Assembly: GCA_002269645.1 (NCBI GenBank)
Contig: NIVC01001169.1
Location: forward strand, 1-53,567
Direction of reading: 5' to 3'
From: Macrostomum lignano
Lineage: Eukaryota
Length of the DNA stretch: 53,567 bases
Part shown: positions 46,182 to 53,567 of the stretch, in pieces
How positions within the stretch are numbered: position 1 is the stretch's first letter
How the letters are laid out: each line of letters starts with the position of its first letter
Made by a program: the position numbers and the translations under genes
Notes under the pieces: generated by a model
The model's database searches: none
What the model was told of the DNA's origin: nothing
The model's input: the letters and a program-made list of their open reading frames with translations, nothing else

Positions 46182-47326
46182 GCTGTAAACCGTAGGTACA
46201 GTCTTTTTCGGTGGTTCATATAGGCAAAAAGGATATTTTGAACAAAATCAGGGCCTAATGTTGACCCATTTTGTCGGCTCAATCTACTCTAACATTCTTT
46301 ACTCCTCAGATAAAAAGATAGCTACCCACAACTTTTTAGAAGAAATTTCATATGCAGTTGCTACATATTAGAGAGTGACATCGACATGTACTAAGAATTG
46401 GGAGCAAAATGCAATGCAGGGAAAATCTTCTGAACAGTAAATGCACTGAAAGATAAAATGTTGCAGGCAAATCTTTTGCGTCAAAAAATTGATGGCTAAT
46501 TTTTTAGTTTATTTAATGCCTTTAACTACTTTGCTGTCTGAAATGTGGTTTTACTGCTTTATGTTGTTTCACTAACCATTCTTTAAATATACTTTTTCTT
46601 AGAAAGCTGTCATGGATGCTGAACCTGAAGTCGAAATGACTTATTGTTATTTTATATGACTAAGACTTAGATAAGAAGTAGCCCAAATAGTAAAATAAGA
46701 AAGAACAACATATAAAACTTTACTTCTCGAAATGGCCATACATAATTTGTCAAAGTAGTACTCGCCGAAAATTCCATCGCCGAAATTGGCCGGAGCCAAA
46801 GTGACCACACAACACATGGTTCTTTAAATCTTTCGTTTGAAACACTCAAAATTTGATGTTTTGACTCGTAGGAGTCATAGCCTAGGGATGCCAATTCCGG
46901 TTAACCGAAAAACCAGTTTTGGCCCCAAAAACAGGTTTTTTGGTCCGGTTTCGGTCTGGTCTTACACTTCTAAATTATTTTGTTAACAATTTTTTAGCAT
47001 TCTATTTTATAAACAAGCTAAGATTTCATGTTGTGGTTTATTTTTGTATTGTTATATTGCACGTCGTAGGTAATACAAACTATTTCTACGCTTCAATTTC
47101 AACTCCAAAAGTCTTCAGTCTTCAGTGCCATTGCCATTTCTAATTATAAGTGCTTTTAATATTTTTTCTATAGGCTTTTATATACTATTTTTTAGTCATC
47201 CTCTTTGATTGCTACCTGCTTTAACATTGTTAGAGTTTGACTAAAGCTGAATTTCTGATTGCAGGTGCTTTATAAAGTGCAATAGAAGATTAACTGACTA
47301 TGTGAACTATTAAGTCTATGTTAGGC

Positions 47327-48000
47327 CCATAGTCAGGAAGGTGGCAGTTTGGTCGGAAAATTCCGGCGCACACAAGCCCTTTTTGGGCACACAACGGCGC
47401 ACAACGGCGCACAGCGGCGCGCCACAACAGCGCACAGCGGCGCACTGGCGCACAGCGGCGCACAACGGCGCACACCAGAGGACACCGGCGCATGGCGGCG
47501 CGGCGGGGCGGGCGCCGCGCCACATGCAGCGTTACCCTTGTGGCGATCCCATGTAACGATGTAAGTCGTTACTTGTTACAGTACACTATTCACTGTTCTA
47601 TCTAATGTAACACTGCATTCTACCAAAAAAAAAATAAAATAAAATATTTTCCTTTTCCTTTTTACCTTTGTTTTTGCCATTTGCTTACTTTTTATGTTTG
47701 TTTTGTTTTAAAAATTAGAAATTAAATTAAAAAATTTTTAAATTTCTACTTTCGAATTTCTATTTCTATTTTCAGATCTCAATTTCTCATAATATAATAT
47801 AGATAGCCCGTAACCGTCCCGTATATTGGCGCACAAAAATTGTTGCTATGTTGTAAAAAAAGGTCTTTTATTGTCGCAAGGCAGGTAGTGGCGGGCGCAC
47901 AACGGCGCACACGAGGGTTTTTGTGTCGGCGCACGGCGCACAATTTTGGGAGAGGCCAAAATTTGTTCCGGCGCACACTCTGCCACCTTCCTGACTATGG
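47327..48000. mobile_element. Non-autonomous TIR element, 674 bp
   Basis: Perfect 21-bp TIR CCATAGTCAGGAAGGTGGCAG and 8-bp TSD TGTTAGGC (47319-47326 and 48001-48008). Subterminal ggcgcaca repeats at both ends flank an AT-rich core. Confidence 0.92.
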
Positions 48001-48636
48001 TGTTAGGCCTATGCACATTACATGTTATTGTTGTAAACTTGATAAGTTGCAATCGAGGGAACTAAGTCACAAATCTGGACGAAACTAAGTTGCACTGGAC
48101 AGGTGAAATTCTAAGGTTGGGCATATAATTACCATATATAATGCTAAATGACCTTTTTTGAGTAGTTTAGCAGCAAAAGTTGGAAAACTAGGTTTTAAAC
48201 TGGTAAACTACTTGTAGTTCTACAAAATTGATAGTTTTTGGCATCCTTATCATAGGATAGCCTGCTTCTGCTAGCTATGAAATTTAAATGTTAATATCTT
48301 TCTGGTTGATGCTCATATTTGACCTTTATTTTTGTATTCTATTATCAAGACTGAATGAAAAATTTACTAGGAAATAGATGTATATTGGTGTGTGACTTTG
48401 GTTCCAAGTGGTAAAAAAAATACATCAAATTCCGCATTGAATCATTTTAGGAACTCAAGTTGAGTTTTTTGTGGGAAATCCCTATTGGATAGGCTTAAGA
48501 ACTCAAGTTGAGTTTAGTGCAGGAAATCTTGCATTGAATCTTGCATTGAAAATGGTTAGGCCTTAGTATATCAATTGGGAAAGTAAAAAAATAATTGGGT
48601 TAAATTTGTTTAGATTATATACATTAATGGTTTGAT

Positions 48637-48802
48637 CAGTGGTATAGCCAGAAAATTTTTTGGGAGGGGGCATTTAGTACCCAGATGAGGGGGTATAGAG
48701 GGTAGGTTTTTTTCTTAAGAATTTCAAGGGGGGGGGCAATTTATTCTTTGAAATTTGGGGGGGACCCAAGCCCCCCTGCCCCCCTCCCTGGCTGCGCCAC
48801 TG
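48637..48802. mobile_element. hAT-type MITE, 166 bp
   Basis: TIRs cagtggtatagccag / ctggctgcgccactg, with a degenerate 8-bp TSD ggtttgat / gctttggt. Confidence 0.7.
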
Positions 48803-49089
48803 GCTTTGGTTAGTTTAATGTGGAAAATTCTGCATTGAATCCTGCAGTGAATTCCACATTAAAATGTGCAATATATTAATAGGGAATCTAATATATACTG
48901 GCTGCGCACATTTAAACATTAGGCCTTTTTTATAAAAAAACATTTTTATAAAAAAAAATATATTTTGATGCACAGTGACCAAATGAATTCTCACAATTAC
49001 ATTAAAATGTACTCTAATTTTAGTCTATCATATATACTAAAGCGTTATTCTATAAATCCTCCGCCAGCTTCCACAACTCTCTCAAGGCA

Positions 49090-49640
49090 CTTCCAAAAAG
49101 TCTGCATAGCCCTGGCAACCTCTTGGTTTGGGATTTTTTCCCATGCCTTGTAGATGGCAGCACACAGATCTGCTGTGCTCCTATGTTGAACTCAGCAAGC
49201 CTCCTTATCCACACACGCCTAGAAATAGAAGTCTAAGGAGTTCAAATCAGGCAATGAGGGAGGCCAGATGTCTTTATCCCAGAAATTGTTCAAGTTGGTC
49301 CACCAAAAATGCCTGCATTGTCCTCGCAGTATGAGCTGGACTGCGATCTTGCTAAAACACATAGTCACCTCTTGGGTACCTCTGCTGCAACCCAAATTTA
49401 ATCACCCAAACATTGCTTGAGATCTCAGACATTGGCCCAGATATGATACAACAATAATTTTGCCTATTGATAACAGCATCGATGGTGAACAGCTTCTCGT
49501 CCGAGAAAACATGCACAAGTCCACCATGGGACTTCAGCCAGTTCAGCAGACCTCTGGTCCTCTTTGCATGACAGCGCTTCTAGTTGGCAGACACTTATAT
49601 AGCCTATTTATAATACTAGCTATTTGTACTTTTATTATCA
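49090..49640 (-). pseudogene. Decayed Tc1/mariner-superfamily transposase (maT/DD37D-like), internally deleted
   Basis: The minus strand gives LLNWLKSHGGLVHVFSDEKLFTIDAVINRQN, then YVF*QDRSPAHTAR and, after a frameshift, WPPSLPDLNSLD...AIYKAW. Confidence 0.8.
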
Positions 49641-49856
49641 TATTATACTTAAAAGCATAAGTAGCTTTGCTGCTAGTATTGAATAGGTCCATAATTAAAG
49701 GCATAACAATCTTTATTAGAATTATTAGATGTAGGTTGGCTGAGTGCACCTTGCTACACTTAAGTGGCATTCTCACACAACTGACAAGAGGCATTGCTTC
49801 ATATTCTACCAACTTTCCTGAGCAGGCACACAAGTATGCAGATATGTACTAATGCA

Positions 49857-50080
49857 CAGGCACACACTCACACAGGAGTGTACAGCGGCCCTAACTTATA
49901 TTTATCGTTAGGCATGTACACTTCACTGTGCCTTGGGGGTTGGCCTTCAAAGGCATCAATTGCATGCGCAGAGCCTAACTGAGATTCTAATTTAGCCCCA
50001 AATTAGTGTACCTGCACTTGGAATCGAGCCTGGGCCGCTGGCACATCAGAGTGCTGCACTAGACCACTAGACTATGGCCT
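49857..50080 (-). mobile_element. tRNA-derived SINE, family copy 2
   Basis: Reverse complement of the 21123-21350 element, with A box TAGTCTAGTGG, B box GGCTCGATTCC and shared body (gcagtgaagtgtacatgcctaac...tagggccgctgtacactcctgtgtgag). Confidence 0.8.
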
Positions 50081-50129
50081 GCTTTCATTGCAATATCTGA
50101 ACTTTTTTGGTCTATGCCTTGCCTAGCTT

Positions 50130-52135
50130 TTATTTGATAGATCCTACAAAATTATTTACCAACTGATCAGTGCTAAAAGCTTTTTATTTGATAGATCCTA
50201 CAAAATTATTTACAAACTGATCAGTGCTAAAAGCTTTTTATTTGATAGATCCTACAAAATTATTTACAAACTGATCAGTGCTAAAAGCTTTTTATTTGAT
50301 AGATCCTACAAAATTACTTACAAACTGATCAGTGCTAAAAGATTTTTATTTGATAGATCCTACAAAATAATTTACAAACTGATCAGTGCTAAAAGCTTTT
50401 TATTTGATAGATCCTACAAAATTATTTACAAACTGATCAGTGCTAAAAGCTTTTTATTTGATAGATCCTACAAAATTATTTACAAACTGATCAGTGCTAA
50501 AAGATTTTTATTTGATAGATCCTACAAAATTATTTACAAATTGATCAGTGCTAAAAGCTTTTATTTGATAGATCCTACAATATTATTTACAAACTGATCA
50601 GTGCTAAAAGATTTTTATTTGATAGATCCTACAAAATTATTTACAAACTGATCAGTGCTAAAAGATTTTTATTTGATAGATCCTACAAAATTATTTACAA
50701 ACTGATCAGTGCTAAAAGCTTTTTATTTGATAGATCCTACAATATTATTTACAAACTGATCAGTGCTAAAAGCTTTTTATTTGATAGATCCTACAAAATT
50801 ATTTACAAATTGATCAGTGCTAAAAGATTTTTATTTGATAGATCCTACAAAATTATTTACAAACTGATCAGTGCTAAAAGCTTTTTATTTGATAGATCCT
50901 ACAAAATTATTTACAAACTGATCAGTGCTAAAAGCTTTTTATTTGATAGATCCTACAAAATTATTTACAAACTGATCAGTGCTAAAAGCTTTTTATTTGA
51001 TAGATCCTACAAAATTATTTACAAACTGATCAGTGCTAAAAGATTTTTATTTGATAGATCCTACAAAATTATTTACAAACTGATCAGTGCTAAAAGCTTT
51101 TTATTTGATAGATCCTACAAAATTATTTACAAACTGATCAGTGCTAAAAGCTTTTTATTTGATAGATCCTACAATATTATTTACAAACTGATCAGTGCTA
51201 AAAGCTTTTTATTTGATAGATCCTACAATATTATTTACAAACTGATCAGTGCTAAAAGATTTTTATTTGATAGATCCTACAATATTATTTACAAACTGAT
51301 CAGTGCTAAAAGCTTTTTATTTGATAGATCCTACAAAATAATTTACAAACTGATCAGTGCTAAAAGCTTTTTATTTGATAGATCCTACAAAATTATTTAC
51401 AAACTGATCAGTGCTAAAAGATTTTTATTTGATAGATCCTACAAAATTATTTACAAACTGATCAGTGCTAAAAGCTTTTTATTTGATAGATCCTACAAAA
51501 TTATTTACAAACTGATCAGTGCTAAAAGCTTTTTATTTGATAGATCCTACAATATTATTTACAAACTGATCAGTGCTAAAAGCTTTTTATTTGATAGATC
51601 CTACAATATTATTTACAAACTGATCAGTGCTAAAAGATTTTTATTTGATAGATCCTACAATATTATTTACAAACTGATCAGTGCTAAAAGATTTTTATTT
51701 GATAGATCCTACAATATTATTTACAAACTGATCAGTGCTAAAAGATTTTTATTTGATAGATCCTACAAAATAATTTACAAACTGATCAGTGCTAAAAGCT
51801 TTTTATTTGATAGATCCTACAAAATTATTTACAAACTGATCAGTGCTAAAAGCTTTTTATTTGATAGATCCTACAAAATTATTTACAAACTGATCAGTGC
51901 TAAAAGCTTTTTATTTGATAGATCCTACAATATTATTTACAAACTGATCAGTGCTAAAAGCTTTTTATTTGATAGATCCTACAATATTATTTACAAACTG
52001 ATCAGTGCTAAAAGCTTTTTATTTGATAGATCCTACAATATTATTTACAAACTGATCAGTGCTAAAAGATTTTTATTTGATAGATCCTACAAAATAATTT
52101 ACAAACTGATCAGTGCTAAAAGATTTTTATTTGCT
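50130..52135. repeat. 54-bp AT-rich satellite, about 37 highly homogeneous copies
   Basis: ttttatttgatagatcctacaaaattatttacaaactgatcagtgctaaaagct. Confidence 0.97.
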
Positions 52136-52252
52136 CTTTTCATGCCTGTTGTATAGGATTTTTAAACTTGTTTTATTAGCAACTAGGCAATAATTAACAG
52201 TGCACGAGCCTATAAAACTCGAATAATGATGATTGATTTGGTGCTAATTTTC

Positions 52253-52597
52253 ATGTCATCGCCAGATATCAATGGTATTTCACCGCGCAGTGGCCCACCA
52301 GGCACTGCCGTGACAATTCGTGGAACTTATTTAGGCAGCTCGCAAGATAGCATCGTGGCACTGTACATCTGCGGCTTCGACTGTACACTGTGGGCCGAAT
52401 GGAAAAGTTCAAAGAAAATTGTGGCCATATCTGGTCAGACTAGACTTGGCCCTGGTGCCATTGTACTAGTTCTAGGTAATGAGAAGGGCGAGAGAGTCAA
52501 GTGTAACTGCCTGGTTGAGTTCACTGTTGAAGCGCTCAGTGTGGGTTTGTGCGACGAATGGTCTGTTTGGCCCGAGACCGACAAGAGTCTGTTTGAG
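52253..52597 (+). CDS. EXOC2: Exocyst complex component 2 (Sec5), N-terminal IPT/TIG exon; gene continues beyond the window
   Basis: DINGISPRSGPPGTAVTIRGTYLG...LYICGFDC...AEWKSSKKIV...G...GAIV...SVW matches the Sec5 Ral-binding IPT domain. Donor GTTAGT at 52598. The start is uncertain: ATG at 52253 or 52226, or a splice acceptor at 52265. Confidence 0.85.
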
Positions 52598-52827
52598 GTT
52601 AGTAGGTGATTTGATTCAAGTTTTTTCATTGTAAACATGTGCTTCGGTTCTTCAGGTAGTAGATCCGCGTTATTAATATTTTAAATTCACTATACATGTA
52701 TATAGATGACTTTGAATACCTGTCTCTTGATTATTGAGTTACTAAATTTTTGTTTCTGAATCCCGAGAAATTTGCCGAAATTTGGCTTCGAGACACTAAA
52801 TACGTGTTTTAAAGACACTGCAAAGTC

Positions 52828-53567
52828 ACTGAATCTGCATCCTTGAGTCACTGAATTTGCATCCCTGAGTCACTGAACCTGCAACCCTGAGATACTGAAT
52901 CTGCATCCCTGAGTCACTGAATTTGCATCCCTGAGTCACTGAATCTGCATCCTTGAGTCACTGAATTTGCATCCCTGAGTCACTGAATCTGCATCCCTGA
53001 GTCACTGAACCTGCATCCCTGAGTCACTGAACCTGCATCCCTGAGATACTGAATCTGCAACCCTGAGATACTGAATCTGCAACCTTGAGATACTGAATCT
53101 GCATCCTTGAGATACTGAATCTGCATCCCTGAGATACTGAATCTGCATTCCTGAGATACTGAATCTGCATCCCTGAGACACTGAATCTGCATCCCTGAGT
53201 CACTGAATCTGCATACCTGAGTCACTGAATCTGCATCCCTGAGATACTGAATCTGCATCCCTGAGACACTGAATCTGCATCCCTGAGATACTGAATCTGC
53301 ATCCCTGAGATACTGAATCTGCATCCCTGAGATACTGAATCTGCATCCCTGAGACACTGAATCTGCATCCCTGAGATACTGAATCTGCATCCCTGAGATA
53401 CTGAATCTGCATCCCTGAGATACTGAATCTGCATCCCTGAGATACTGAATCAGCAACCTTGAGATACTGAATCTGCATCCCTGAGATACTGAATCTGCAT
53501 CCCTGAGATACTGAATCTGCATCCCTGAGACACTGAATCTGCATCCCTGAGATACTGAATCTGCATC
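52828..53567. repeat. 22-bp minisatellite in the EXOC2 intron, running off the window end
   Basis: ctgaatctgcatccctgagata / ...gagtca variants. Confidence 0.95.

Noticed and set aside
46883-46965. TAGGGATG...ccggtt/aaccg Ac-like hAT terminus
   Set aside because: No matching right end or TSD was found in the window, so it is at most a truncated end.
52980-53544. MQIQYLRDADSVSQGCRFSISG repeat ORFs
   Set aside because: Three 22-bp units give a 22-aa period, and the frames are broken by indels.
33501-53567. Possible CRISPR arrays (35-, 41- and 54-bp repeats)
   Set aside because: They are head-to-tail tandem units without unique spacers, there are no cas genes, and the context is eukaryotic.

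Overview
Eukaryotic genomic DNA with GT-AG introns, most likely from a Macrostomum flatworm. The dominant feature is a 22-exon secreted-protein gene (7737-30423, +) that splices in frame to about 5,408 aa. Its domain order is signal peptide, micro-exon-encoded Ser/Trp/acidic leader, giant Lys/Arg repeat region A, 2 ShKT, C-type lectin, EGF, vWD, C8, TIL, about 20 further EGF modules and Lys/Arg repeat region B. This matches what I recall of the Macrostomum lignano glue protein ap1; I could not run an alignment. Other genes are a frameshifted SYAP1/SAP47 (BSD) gene (139-3050, +), a C1-RA-SARAH RASSF gene (40982-34000, -) with a different tandem repeat in each intron, and the IPT/TIG exon of EXOC2/Sec5 (52253-52597, +). 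Non-coding content includes four non-autonomous DNA elements with 8-bp target duplications, two decayed Tc1/mariner transposase relics in CpG-depleted DNA, three tRNA-derived SINE-like families, a 28S rRNA-like fragment around the R2 target site, and many mini/microsatellites. Most very long ORFs in the track are repeat shadows. The best leads are ap1 sub-features (phase-1 micro-exon cassette, ShKT pair, possible intronic polyadenylation, GDPH cleavage site, unpaired cysteines), the SYAP1 frameshifts and the CpG-depleted block.
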